A stretch of 64,000 nt of DNA from a virus (Duplodnaviria; Caudoviricetes): IMG/VR virus record IMGVR_UViG_3300009424_000011, positions 32,805 to 96,804 of that record; one strand, written 5' to 3'. Each line of letters begins with the position of its first letter. The stretch's first letter is position 1. A program made the translations under genes and the position numbers. A model generated the notes under the pieces. The model saw only the letters and a program-made list of their open reading frames with translations, had not been told where the DNA came from and did not search any database. Shown one piece after another: positions 8,581 through 20,672 of this stretch.

Positions 8581-9200
8581 TACATCACCGGTCCGAGGTA
8601 AGCGTCGCACAGGGCTTCGGCGTTCTTGGTGCAGGTCGGCCACTCGATCTTTACGATCTCCAGAAGCGGATCAGCCAGAGCCCGGCAGGCTTCGATGTGG
8701 TGATCGGAGTCCTCGAAGAACACGAACTGACGATCGGGCCAATCCTTGCGAAGCTCTGCCAGCAAGAGCGCCTTGGATGCCCGGCCGAGACAGAAGACCT
8801 CTTGAGGGTAGATCAACTGCTGTTGGGTAAAATCGAGCAGCCTACGGACCGCCCAAAGCCCGCTACGTGCCGTAACGATGAAATATGGGTCACCACTGTC
8901 ACTCAGCGATCGAGCGAAGCTGGTGGCCTCCTCGTGGGCGTCTGGGACCGATCCCCACGCATACCCTTGGTAGACCATGTGCCGAAGGTAGTTGGTGCTA
9001 GGATAGAGGGCTGCATCTACAGACGCAAAGGGGGCTTTCTCCTCCAACCGACGACGCTCCATTGGACGTTCATCCATTCGGAAAATCTTCTCCTCGCACT
9101 GCGTGGCGAGAACGCCATCGAAGTCGAAAAAGAAGATCGCATCGGACGAATAATGATTCCGCTGGAACGCCTCGTTTGCTTGTTGAATAATATATCCCAT
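8580..9200 (-). CDS. HAD-superfamily hydrolase/phosphatase
   Basis: FFFDFDGVL (motif I DxD), IVTAR (motif II) and FFEDS (motif IV). Confidence 0.75.
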   Translation of the reverse strand: MGYIIQQANEAFQRNHYSSDAIFFFDFDGVLATQCEEKIFRMDERPMERRRLEEKAPFASVDAALYPSTNYLRHMVYQGYAWGSVPDAHEEATSFARSLSDSGDPYFIVTARSGLWAVRRLLDFTQQQLIYPQEVFCLGRASKALLLAELRKDWPDRQFVFFEDSDHHIEACRALADPLLEIVKIEWPTCTKNAEALCDAYLGPVM

Positions 9201-9535
9201 CACGGCTCCCAATGTGTGAAGAAGTTGTTTAGGAATCCGTTAAGCCATTCGGCTGCAACCGGGTTCTTCGAATGAATGGTGTAGGTAAAGTCACCAGTCA
9301 GGCGTCCATCCATGATCTCATCGACCAGCCATTTAGCGCAGTGAATCCCTTCCTTATCACCGTCGGCGAGGTCGTTGTCGAAAGAGATATGAACTGGTAG
9401 CCCGAACTCACCAATGCAGGATCGGAACTCATCGTAGCTCCTGACGATCACGTATCGAGCCGGCGGGATTTCTACCCAAGTAACATCACCGGGCATACGA
9501 ACATCATCAAGAAAGAGATGGTATCCCATGATCAA
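9200..9535 (-). CDS. cyclic-phosphate-processing receiver-like domain protein
   Basis: LFLDDVR.P...VRSYDEF...ISFDNDL...G..CAKWL...IHSKNPVA pattern. Confidence 0.7.
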   Translation of the reverse strand: MIMGYHLFLDDVRMPGDVTWVEIPPARYVIVRSYDEFRSCIGEFGLPVHISFDNDLADGDKEGIHCAKWLVDEIMDGRLTGDFTYTIHSKNPVAAEWLNGFLNNFFTHWEP

Positions 9536-10197
9536 TCCTTGATGAAGTCGGAGTTCTTGAACGCCGGGTGGTTGCGGACTTCCTGTCGATCGACAAGAGG
9601 CCAGTGAGTCTCAGGCAAGAGGTGGTTCACCGAATTGCCTTTGAGGTTGTAGCGATCCCGGCTCAGGGAGACCTTCACGAAGGTCCGCATCCCAGCCTCG
9701 AATCCGGTGGGTGATCTGTGCAGAACCGTGTTGTCCAGACGGAGCAAGTGCTTGTCCGGGTAGGTGCGGAGACCTACGTGGTCGAAGGCTTCGGCATAGC
9801 GGCCGATCTTTGCCATCTGGCGCAACGACTCGTCGCAGTCCTCGGACAGCATCCAGCGGTTTTGCTGGATGAGAAACACCGTCGGGGCCCGGTCAGACCA
9901 GATGTAGTTCACATCATCCGTCCCGTAGCCATCGATGTGCCAGCCGGGTCGGTTGCCGATGTATCCACCTTCCACCCAGAGTGTCTTCGCGGTCAGATAG
10001 ACGTAGCTGTCCATCCATCGGTCCGGATCGTCAGCGCGCACAGCCGAAAGGATGGGGTCGAACTGTCTGAGGTTATGTGGCACGAGCGCCAGCATATTCC
10101 CCGGTTCGGACACCGGAAGATACATCCAGAACATCATCTCGCTGGGTGTGAGAGCTACCAGTCCGAGGTCCTTGGGAGGAGCGCCAGCGGGTTTCAC
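9532..10197 (-). CDS. putative 2-oxoglutarate/Fe(II)-dependent dioxygenase-fold protein
   Basis: RPGWHIDG (HxD), a distal VLHRS His and RTFVKVS (Arg). Confidence 0.6.
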   Translation of the reverse strand: MKPAGAPPKDLGLVALTPSEMMFWMYLPVSEPGNMLALVPHNLRQFDPILSAVRADDPDRWMDSYVYLTAKTLWVEGGYIGNRPGWHIDGYGTDDVNYIWSDRAPTVFLIQQNRWMLSEDCDESLRQMAKIGRYAEAFDHVGLRTYPDKHLLRLDNTVLHRSPTGFEAGMRTFVKVSLSRDRYNLKGNSVNHLLPETHWPLVDRQEVRNHPAFKNSDFIKD

Positions 10198-10418
10198 CGC
10201 ATGGCTTCCACAGGGAACTTAGGCGGGCTGGACAGGATGTCATCCATGATCGTCAATGGTGTGAGCGGGTGATCCGCACCATACCACTCATTGGCGTTCT
10301 GAGCCCACTCCCACGCCTCTTCTGAGGTCGGGAAGATGGCAAGGACGGTCATGACGTAACCAGCTTGGTTGCGCTTGACGACGGCGGAGCAGCGGGGATC
10401 GGCATCAGATGTATCCAT
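10194..10418 (-). CDS. hypothetical protein
   Basis: Coupled ORF. Confidence 0.55.
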   Translation of the reverse strand: MDTSDADPRCSAVVKRNQAGYVMTVLAIFPTSEEAWEWAQNANEWYGADHPLTPLTIMDDILSSPPKFPVEAMR

Positions 10419-10626
10419 TCTCTTCGAGTTCCTGCCGGGTGGCGGCGCGGAAGGTTACGACGCGCTCACGCGGCATCGAGCGTTCATCGATCGTGACATC
10501 TTCGACGACGACAGCGGTGTAGGTCGGGTGATCGAACACATCTCCTGCGAAGATCGGCGGGCCCTTCTCAGGCTCCCGGACCTTGAAGGTGGGCATTATC
10601 TCCTTTGAGCTGATGATCAGCGTCAT
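10405..10626 (-). CDS. hypothetical protein
   Basis: ATG at 10626 overlapping the upstream TAA; GGAG RBS. Confidence 0.55.
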   Translation of the reverse strand: MTLIISSKEIMPTFKVREPEKGPPIFAGDVFDHPTYTAVVVEDVTIDERSMPRERVVTFRAATRQELEENGYI

Positions 10627-10855
10627 TAGTTTTCTCCTATGGTTGAAGGAACATCCTGCCAACGCAGGGGCTCACGTTTCGTGGAACCGCCCAGCCAGCG
10701 ATATTGCTTGGTCGCGGCCGAAGACAGACTGGCGTTGATCTTGCGGGCGATCTTGTCGAGCGCTCGTGCCTGATCCATATCGCCTTCGTCCTTGGCGCTG
10801 GCGGCTGCCAAAGCGACCGCGAGGAAATCGTCTTCACCGACGTTGATCGTAGCCA

Positions 10856-10856
<1 letters not shown>
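10626..10856 (-). CDS. hypothetical protein
   Basis: GGAGG RBS; coupled ORF. Confidence 0.6.
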
Positions 10857-13140
<2,284 letters not shown>

Positions 13141-13212
13141 TCAGTCTCCAATTAGAAAGGCCCACTTCCAGTGAAGGAGGCGGGCCTGTCTGTCAAGTCA
13201 GAATTGCAGTGG

Positions 13213-14082
13213 TTAACCGATAATGGCGTCCATGTTTTCACCGGTCAGCGTCTTGCGATACTGAATCCAGCCGGCAAGGTTGCCATGAAGTTCGGGTTTA
13301 TCCCATCCATTGAACCGGCGTTGGTCAGGAGTCGCCTGATGCTCGGCCGGGCTGGCGTGGATCGGCTGATCGACCAGCAGCATATCGTGCAGCTTGAGGT
13401 CCGCTTCGGGCGTCGTCTTGGTGCCGTCGTGGTTGTTGTAGCTCACACGGGCGCACCGGGCGGTGCTGATCTTCTTGCACAGATTGATGCCGTGGATCGC
13501 AAGCTCTTCCTTGGTGATGTAGGGCAGGTGCCATTCACCCATCGGCAGGTCTTGCGGGACCGAGTTGGTTCGTGCTTCGTGAATCGCTTCGGCCAGCGCA
13601 CAGATAGTGGGGTCAGCGGCACCATGCCGGCGAAGGCCATCCCAGTTGCCCCAGTAAACGCTCGTGAGGACGACCTTGATGTGAGCGAACGGCTCTGTGA
13701 TGCGGTTGACCACTTGCTTGTGGATGCCCAATGCATCCATCGCTTCGGCGTGACGGATCGCATCTTCCATCGCGGCGAGCCAGATCGTCTGGGCAGCCAG
13801 CGTGGTCTCTTCGGAAGCGACTTCGTAGCCCTGCATACCCGGCTGGTTCATACGCCACGAAGCGGGCACGGCCGGGTTCTCCCGGATCATCTTGATCGCA
13901 CGCTTGGTCGGGATAGCGCGGCTCGATGAAGCGTTCCGGGAGAACACGCGGTGGGTCATCAGTTCAGAGTGAATGAAGCGGGGGTAGACCAGTTCCATGG
14001 TCGTCAGACGGACGCCGGCGGGCGAGATGGAGTCGGCAAGGATGGTCGCGCTGACCAGCGGGGAGAGAATCACAGAGGTCAT
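13213..14082 (-). CDS. thyX: FAD-dependent thymidylate synthase
   Basis: RFIHSELMTHRVFSRNASSSRAIP (ThyX motif variant), ARCARVSY and HASPAEHQA. Confidence 0.9.
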   Translation of the reverse strand: MTSVILSPLVSATILADSISPAGVRLTTMELVYPRFIHSELMTHRVFSRNASSSRAIPTKRAIKMIRENPAVPASWRMNQPGMQGYEVASEETTLAAQTIWLAAMEDAIRHAEAMDALGIHKQVVNRITEPFAHIKVVLTSVYWGNWDGLRRHGAADPTICALAEAIHEARTNSVPQDLPMGEWHLPYITKEELAIHGINLCKKISTARCARVSYNNHDGTKTTPEADLKLHDMLLVDQPIHASPAEHQATPDQRRFNGWDKPELHGNLAGWIQYRKTLTGENMDAIIG

Positions 14083-14173
14083 TGGGTTTCCTAAGGACGG
14101 GAGCTACTTGGCGGGACGTGTGACCCCGGAGGGTGAGTGACGTTCCCCCGCCGTTCGCTCTTGCAAGGCGGAC

Positions 14174-14202
14174 TGTATATTCAGAATGGCGGTGATTGTC
14201 AA
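14174..14202 (-). promoter_or_regulatory. promoter of thyX with CACCGCCATT box
   Basis: TTGACA-AT-CACCGCCATT-CTGAA-TATACA on the - strand. Confidence 0.7.
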
Positions 14203-14543
14203 TCTTTTTTCGGGTCTTTACCGGCGTTGATTGCCGCTACCACCTCGTTGAAGATTTCGATCTTGGTTTTCACCCGGTCGAGGCGCTGGCGGCAGTCTTC
14301 ACCAGCTTCGTCGATTCCGACAACCCGCTCGATTGCGGTCACCAGCGCCGTGTCAGATGGAAGCTGGCCGGCCGGTGCATCCATGCAGACCAGTTCATCC
14401 GACCGGAACGTCGGCGTCAGGAACTCCACCCGTGTTTCTCTGCTGGCGCAGGCGGTCAAGCTCATTGAGAGTATCAATGAGCAAAGGAGGGGCTTGAGCA
14501 TCGCGCTCTTCAACCGGGGCATCTTCGATTTGGTTTCGGACAT
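14199..14543 (-). CDS. o-spanin (Rz1-like outer-membrane lipoprotein)
   Basis: Signal peptide with lipobox LTAC; overlaps the i-spanin in another frame. The start may be a downstream Met. Confidence 0.75.
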   Translation of the reverse strand: MSETKSKMPRLKSAMLKPLLCSLILSMSLTACASRETRVEFLTPTFRSDELVCMDAPAGQLPSDTALVTAIERVVGIDEAGEDCRQRLDRVKTKIEIFNEVVAAINAGKDPKKD

Positions 14544-14829
14544 TGGCGTAATCCTTGATGGTCTGCCGCTGGAGGTCTTCGAAGCGGCGGTCCACTTCGA
14601 TCGTGCGGGTGTTGATGGTTTCCTTGGTTTCGTAGGTCTGGATCGTAGCGTTGGAATCGGCTGCTTCGACGGCTGCTGAGACAGCCTCTTTCTGTTGGTG
14701 ATTCAGATAGAGGTAGGTGCCGCCCCCGATCGCCAACAGCAAGGTGATGATGGCGGCCGGGATCAGGAACTTCTTGCTCTTGAAAAAGAGCTTTGCGGCT
14801 GCCCAAGTCGGGATTGAAACAAGTGGCAT
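14395..14829 (-). CDS. i-spanin (Rz-like)
   Basis: N-terminal TM helix followed by coiled coil; directly after the endolysin. Confidence 0.75.
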   Translation of the reverse strand: MPLVSIPTWAAAKLFFKSKKFLIPAAIITLLLAIGGGTYLYLNHQQKEAVSAAVEAADSNATIQTYETKETINTRTIEVDRRFEDLQRQTIKDYANVRNQIEDAPVEERDAQAPPLLIDTLNELDRLRQQRNTGGVPDADVPVG

Positions 14830-14832
14830 GGT

Positions 14833-15666
14833 TTACCCTTTCTTGAGGAATTGATCTGCAAGGTAGCCGCGTTTTCCCGGAGCGTATTCGACATGACTCC
14901 ACGCTCCGAGGTCTTCGATCACCACCACCTCAGAGCCGCCCGACAGGGTAGTCAGGATCGCGCCTGATCCGTTGGGTGCGGCCCGGACGTTGAGGCGCGG
15001 GGTGTTGACAAGGAAGCGGCTCTTAGCCGGCTGCATCCCATCGGCGCGATCTTCGCCGCCATGGATGACGGCCTTGAAATCACCCATCGGGAAAGCCGGG
15101 CCCGGATCGGTCTTCCAGCCCCGTGTGTCGATGTCTTCATGACCGGCGATCAGTGTGATACCGTAAGCCTCCTTGATGGCCTTGAGAGCTTCGAGGCCGG
15201 CGTTGATCTGGGCCTTGGAATACCCCGGCCAGACAAAAGTCCCGCCTCCCACACGGCGGTTTGGCGCACGTAGACTGAGATCGAAACGGTCCAACGTTGC
15301 CTTCGGGACGGGTCGCTTGCCTTCCCAATCCATGATTGTGCCGTCCTTGGCGATCCGGAAAAATCCCGGATTAACGAACTCGAACCCGATCGTGAAGTTG
15401 TTGCATCCGGTCCGGCCAGCCAGCTTCGACGGTCCGGCGTGCCATGCAACCCGGTTGAAGGGGACAAGCTGCGTGATCGTTCCATCAGTATCGATCACCA
15501 AATGTGCAGATACCTTGGCAGCCGGATTTGTCAAGGTTCGAATTGCACTATCGGCATTGAAACTGGCGGTGTAGTGCATGATTGCACCAGTCGGTGTCAT
15601 GAACCCGGAGATGTTGGGAGACCGCACGACGCGCACGCCTTCGAGGATGTGGTTTTTGACTTGCAT
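14833..15666 (-). CDS. endolysin: N-acetylmuramoyl-L-alanine amidase (Amidase_2) with C-terminal SH3b
   Basis: IMHYTA, VSAHLVI, AWHAG, IGFEFVN, GHEDI...KTDPG; LNVRAAP...GAWSHV...GYL SH3b domain. Confidence 0.9.
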   Translation of the reverse strand: MQVKNHILEGVRVVRSPNISGFMTPTGAIMHYTASFNADSAIRTLTNPAAKVSAHLVIDTDGTITQLVPFNRVAWHAGPSKLAGRTGCNNFTIGFEFVNPGFFRIAKDGTIMDWEGKRPVPKATLDRFDLSLRAPNRRVGGGTFVWPGYSKAQINAGLEALKAIKEAYGITLIAGHEDIDTRGWKTDPGPAFPMGDFKAVIHGGEDRADGMQPAKSRFLVNTPRLNVRAAPNGSGAILTTLSGGSEVVVIEDLGAWSHVEYAPGKRGYLADQFLKKG

Positions 15667-15678
15667 GGTATCTCTTTC

Positions 15679-16266
15679 TTATCGCAGACCGAGGATCATC
15701 ATCGATCCGCCGGTGATGTTCCCAGCAGCGCTGAGCAGGAGCCGAACGGCATCCACCTTCGCGTTGCTGGCTTGGAAAATAACGTTACCTTCGTTGCTCT
15801 GGATAACCTTGATAGCCCCATCGATGTTAGTCGGCAGGCGCATGAAAATCGTTCTTTGACCGTTGTTGGTTCTGACATGGCTGGCGGCATTATTCCTGTT
15901 GGTCAGGGTTCCTGTATTCGCCAGAAGAGTGTAGTCAGTTGCACCAGAAAAGTAGCTCACTCCGTTATTGGTGCTAAGCTGTAACAAACGAAGAACAGAA
16001 GCACTGGTTGAAATATCTTTACAGATAACAATCAGTTCTTTGTAATCGCCCAGATTGTTTGCATCGACCATCGTGACGTTAGTCGTCCACGTCCACTGGA
16101 AAGCGATCTCCCACTTAGGACCAAATACCGATCCGGGATCGCCCGCGAGAGCGGCAATGTCGCCGGCACTCGTCCTCACGCTCTCCCCGTCCTGAACGAT
16201 GTGAACCTGCTCTGAGCCATCCAGCAGGCCCGCTACGTCTAATGCTAATGTGTCTTTATCAGCCAT
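15679..16266 (-). CDS. tail fibre-associated virion protein
   Basis: Lies at the end of the tail module; beta-rich, lower-GC C-terminal part. Confidence 0.5.
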   Translation of the reverse strand: MADKDTLALDVAGLLDGSEQVHIVQDGESVRTSAGDIAALAGDPGSVFGPKWEIAFQWTWTTNVTMVDANNLGDYKELIVICKDISTSASVLRLLQLSTNNGVSYFSGATDYTLLANTGTLTNRNNAASHVRTNNGQRTIFMRLPTNIDGAIKVIQSNEGNVIFQASNAKVDAVRLLLSAAGNITGGSMMILGLR

Positions 16267-16278
16267 TTCAATTTCCTT

Positions 16279-19200
16279 TTAGGTAAGGATTCCACCAGTG
16301 TCTCCGGAGAGTAGCAAGCGCCCGGTTTCGCCATTCAACAAAAGCGACCCAGAAGGCAGCTTGGTCGGGTAACGATTGCCCGGAGGTGTGAAGTTTTCGG
16401 TGTATCGTTCAACGTCTTTGGTAATCCGAATTTCGTCGTAATACCCGCACCATCCGAAAACATTGGATGCGACATTCCATTGGCCGATCCGGAAAACCCG
16501 GTTCCACAACGTTGCAAACGCGGTTCTACCGATATTCTGACGTTCGCCGTTTACGAACAGAACCGCTCTACCAGTTTCGTCACGACAATAGGCGATGTGA
16601 TACCACTGATCGATGATGCTTTGGACGTTTGTCGTCGTCACACCATCCATCAGGATACCAGTAGTCGCGCCATCAATAGCGCCGTTATTACCGTTTAACT
16701 GGTTGTGAATACCGATACTCGGTAACGCTGTGTTAACTGGATGAGTTCTGTAGAACCAGCCCTCGAAAGTCATCTGGGGACCAAAGGCCCCTCCTTCAAA
16801 GTCAGCCAGTTTGACTTCGACATAGAACGAATTACCTGTCACCAGAGACAAGTTGGACGCTATGGCTGTGTCTCCGAATGGAGAATCGATCGAGGCTACG
16901 GACACACCGACCGGAGCGATGTGTTCTCTGTATCGGGGGTTACCCAGATTCTCGATCACCCCATTACGGGTAGACAGAAGGCAGACTACGTTATCCCAAT
17001 GCTCATCCCCTGCCGGAGTCGGCGGGACCGGGATTACTGGCATCTCCCCTGACGCCGGGATGTAGCAATATGCCTCGTGGAAGTTCGTCGGGAAATTGAT
17101 CTGGTTGGTGCCATTCACGACTTCGCCATAATTCATCGAGCCCATGATAGCCATGACGACCTTACGGGCACCGACCGGGATCGGACAATCGACATTGAGA
17201 CCCACAAACCTTGGCGATGCAACCCGTGGGTTAGGTGAACTGAAAACCCGGCGGCCGACTACTTGATCTGACACATCCAGAAACTCGACATAGGCCCACC
17301 CAAAATCATCGACCTCATTCTGAGTTGCGATAGCCTTAAAACGAAAAGCCGCCAGTCCGTTGTCGATGCTGGTGAAGTAGCTGCTCGGAAGATCATCCAC
17401 ACACCGAAGGTCCATCACCCTCTGGGTTGTGGTCAGCGAAGTAGCCAGCCAACTCAGGTTTGCTGTATCGATAATGGTGCCGCCGCGAGCGTCGGTCCAT
17501 TCCGTATTGTCAGTCTTGATGATCGAGCCCATCAACTGAGTCGGTTTGCTGAGATATTCGCGAGCATCCTCAAACCCGTCAACGAGACGGGCAGAGATGC
17601 GGCTCATGACGTAGTTACCTTGGAAAGCACTCAACCCAGCTAGGATACCCACCTCAACGGTCCGGGTTCCCACTGGTAGGAACATAGCCCCTTGCGTGTT
17701 CTTGAAAGTCTTATCCGTCACAACAGCGTCGCTGCTGGATGCGTTTAGCATTTGACTATTCTTATCCAACGCGAGCGCCACGAGGGTGCCGTTCCCAGCG
17801 TGATCGAAAGGGGCAGCCGCTAGTGCGGAGTATTCAAGGAAGACTCCACCTGCATCAATGTCATCAAGATATTGAACAGGGATAAGGAGTCTATGATAAT
17901 CCAACAATGTGGTGGAAGAATTTCCTGTAGCCCAACGCCAGCGATCATTCGGGTCTTCTTCGTAAAGAACACCAGAAGTATGGATAGTCCTAGGGGACGG
18001 GCTGGCACCGACAACGCTCCGCCAAGTTACTGCTCCGTCCTTGGGATCAGGGAATGCCAAGTCATAGGGGTATGTCGCATCCGGGAGGATCGGGGCGGCA
18101 TAAGCCGGCCCACTACGCGGGGGCGGTAAATCCGCGATCGGGCTATTGATGAAGTCTTCTTCCCGGTAACGAACGGCGTCCCACGTCATCCGCAAGCAGC
18201 GGATTACGCGAGCCGAGTCAGCATTGATGGTCAAATCAGCCGTCGGTGTGTCAGGTGCAAATGGAGCCACGGCGCTACCCATGTATTTACCCTGCTGGTA
18301 GAACCGATAAACCCCCATCTCGTCACGGGTAATTATTGTGGTTTCAGTGGCTCTGGGGAAATACCAGTCAGCATCTATGTTGGGCCACGAAAACACCTCA
18401 ACAAAAGATGTCCCATTCCAGACGCGAAAGGCTATAACAGAAGTTCCGGTAGCGAGGTGCCAGTTGCCCGGACAAATAATCTGAACGACACTGTTACCCG
18501 AAGAACTATTCCAACCAATATCGACTTCAAAGGTGAAAGGCTCCGTCCGCCCACCAAAGTTCCATTGTCCGTCCACATGCGCTATGGTTCCGACGCCGCT
18601 GAATTGTAAGCTACTTGCGGTTAAACCAGTGATCGTGGCTCCGCGCTTGTAATCAATAGCAGCACCATCGAAAGGATCGAGGACACACGTAGTCTTATCC
18701 CAGAAAGGATCGGTATTGAATGGCTCGTAGTCAACAGGGCCAATCGGATTCGGGGCTGTTGGAATGACAAACCCGGCATCAGAAGCATACCGAGCAACCC
18801 CCTTTGTTACCCGGAAATCATCCAATAAGCCCTCAAAATTATTCATACCACCAATAGACGATGAGTGGTTTCTACCCATCAAGATCAGCTTAGTATCAAC
18901 CTTTCGGATTTCATTTGGAAAAGTCCCAGTTGCCACGGTTTGACCGTTGACATACATACGGACCGTCCCCTCGATGTCGCGCTCTACGCAGATGTGAGTC
19001 CACGTATTGGCTGGTAAGTCCGCTCCTTCGAGATTGAAGAAGTTGGCTTCCGTCCCATCGATCGAGGCTCTGAAAGTCAGGGCGTTGTTGTTGGTCCCAA
19101 TGAACCAAGAACGCTCCGTTTTCAGATACCAGTTACCCATGATATAGCGGAAACCGCTAAACGCCGGACGATTGATCCAGCCCTCAATGGTAAAAGCCCC

Positions 19201-19638
19201 GCGTCCGAAATCGAACCGCTCTGGATTGCGATCGTAACGGATTCCCATGGTGTTACTGGAGACAGATTCAAATGCCTTTAGGAACTTAGCCGGCGTGTCC
19301 CGGATGAACAAAAACCCCCTATCTCCGTTCACATAGTCATTGTATTTCGACAGGTCCCGAAACCCCTTATCCGCTTGGAGAAGAAGAGAGACTTTGTTGT
19401 AGTAAGGATCACCGGGAATACCTAACGAGGCACTGGTCGTGGCTTGCAGGAGTCGTGTGGTGGGTTCAATTTCGTCGGCGTTTTTATTATTCCGGGCAAG
19501 CGCCTTGATACCCAATTGGCTGACGCGCACGTCGGGGATATTCTTGACAAGGCTCTGCACACCGATCTGAGCCAGACGTGCGTCAGGATCGCCCTTTACG
19601 AGCCCTTGGATGCCAATCTGAGTAACGCGTGCCGTCAT
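16279..19638 (-). CDS. tail fibre / receptor-binding protein with LamG/ConA-like domains
   Basis: DP.(Y/W)..V.LL...FTIEGW...W.H....R...(Y/F)VNG...G..D..R.TK.V.RY modules at the N- and C-termini, plus a degenerate central copy. Confidence 0.7.
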   Translation of the reverse strand: MTARVTQIGIQGLVKGDPDARLAQIGVQSLVKNIPDVRVSQLGIKALARNNKNADEIEPTTRLLQATTSASLGIPGDPYYNKVSLLLQADKGFRDLSKYNDYVNGDRGFLFIRDTPAKFLKAFESVSSNTMGIRYDRNPERFDFGRGAFTIEGWINRPAFSGFRYIMGNWYLKTERSWFIGTNNNALTFRASIDGTEANFFNLEGADLPANTWTHICVERDIEGTVRMYVNGQTVATGTFPNEIRKVDTKLILMGRNHSSSIGGMNNFEGLLDDFRVTKGVARYASDAGFVIPTAPNPIGPVDYEPFNTDPFWDKTTCVLDPFDGAAIDYKRGATITGLTASSLQFSGVGTIAHVDGQWNFGGRTEPFTFEVDIGWNSSSGNSVVQIICPGNWHLATGTSVIAFRVWNGTSFVEVFSWPNIDADWYFPRATETTIITRDEMGVYRFYQQGKYMGSAVAPFAPDTPTADLTINADSARVIRCLRMTWDAVRYREEDFINSPIADLPPPRSGPAYAAPILPDATYPYDLAFPDPKDGAVTWRSVVGASPSPRTIHTSGVLYEEDPNDRWRWATGNSSTTLLDYHRLLIPVQYLDDIDAGGVFLEYSALAAAPFDHAGNGTLVALALDKNSQMLNASSSDAVVTDKTFKNTQGAMFLPVGTRTVEVGILAGLSAFQGNYVMSRISARLVDGFEDAREYLSKPTQLMGSIIKTDNTEWTDARGGTIIDTANLSWLATSLTTTQRVMDLRCVDDLPSSYFTSIDNGLAAFRFKAIATQNEVDDFGWAYVEFLDVSDQVVGRRVFSSPNPRVASPRFVGLNVDCPIPVGARKVVMAIMGSMNYGEVVNGTNQINFPTNFHEAYCYIPASGEMPVIPVPPTPAGDEHWDNVVCLLSTRNGVIENLGNPRYREHIAPVGVSVASIDSPFGDTAIASNLSLVTGNSFYVEVKLADFEGGAFGPQMTFEGWFYRTHPVNTALPSIGIHNQLNGNNGAIDGATTGILMDGVTTTNVQSIIDQWYHIAYCRDETGRAVLFVNGERQNIGRTAFATLWNRVFRIGQWNVASNVFGWCGYYDEIRITKDVERYTENFTPPGNRYPTKLPSGSLLLNGETGRLLLSGDTGGILT

Positions 19639-20672
19639 AGTGTCAAACTAACTCGTGGTTGTAATGCATTTACAGAAAGAGGTGTCCAAGTTACATCACC
19701 ATCAGGGTCTCTATTGAACACAGCTATCACAGGCCCATAGCTGGTCGATAATGTTGTCTCCAAACCTTCCGACACGATCCCGTTACTGACCACACCTAGC
19801 TTAATTGCCCGGTCACCTAATCCATCTTTACGAGCTATACCGAAGACCTTCACCGCCAAGACCTCGGTAGGGTTGCTGGCTAAGTCAGTGACTCCGAAGG
19901 AAGCTGAGCCCCCCACAGTTGAGCTTGAGATGTAAGTGGTGTCGCCATCCTCGCTGGTATCGTCCACAGCTTCCCACGCCGTTCCGGTGTTGGGAGTCCA
20001 CCCGGTGATGGTCCCGTCCGCATTTGCGAACAAAGTCTCAACTTCGACATCCCCTAGGAAGTCATTGTTCTCGTCACCAGTTTCATCCCATAAGGTAATA
20101 TCATCAATATCAACCACACCACCGAAAGCAAAAGCTAGGTTTAGCCTCACTGAATCCACCGAAACCGCACCGTTTACGTTGTTTGTGTCTCTTTCGATGT
20201 AAATGATGGTTTTTCCGTTGAGCTTTACTTCAAAGAATCCACCATCGACTCCGAAGTCGGCTGACCTACCTTTGACTTCGATATGATACCACTGCCCAAA
20301 AACCAGCGGGACAGGGTATGTCACGTTGGGATTACCTGTTCCACCGGCTGTGGTCGTATAAAGTCTACCGATGTTATCCATCTGTAAAGAGTATTGAGCA
20401 ACACCATCACGCTCTACGCGATACAGGATGCGTCGGTTCGATTGACTTTCCATGCTTATGACACGGACACGGAAAGAAGCACCCATTACTGTCAAAGGCG
20501 GCGGGGATACAGGGACGAGAACCGAGCCACCACCGGAAACGATCCGGAGGGCTTTTCCTCTCCCAGATTCTGTATCGGTTACCAACGAGCAGCCTGCACC
20601 TACAGTTGAAAAAGTCCTTTGAACATCTTCAAGTGTCTCGAACTCGTCAAAACCAATTAACTCGTAAATCAT
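19635..20672 (-). CDS. virion structural protein (lectin-like N-terminus)
   Basis: WYHIEVK...EVKLNG...IDDITLWD lectin-like signature; in the tail module. Confidence 0.6.
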   Translation of the reverse strand: MIYELIGFDEFETLEDVQRTFSTVGAGCSLVTDTESGRGKALRIVSGGGSVLVPVSPPPLTVMGASFRVRVISMESQSNRRILYRVERDGVAQYSLQMDNIGRLYTTTAGGTGNPNVTYPVPLVFGQWYHIEVKGRSADFGVDGGFFEVKLNGKTIIYIERDTNNVNGAVSVDSVRLNLAFAFGGVVDIDDITLWDETGDENNDFLGDVEVETLFANADGTITGWTPNTGTAWEAVDDTSEDGDTTYISSSTVGGSASFGVTDLASNPTEVLAVKVFGIARKDGLGDRAIKLGVVSNGIVSEGLETTLSTSYGPVIAVFNRDPDGDVTWTPLSVNALQPRVSLTL

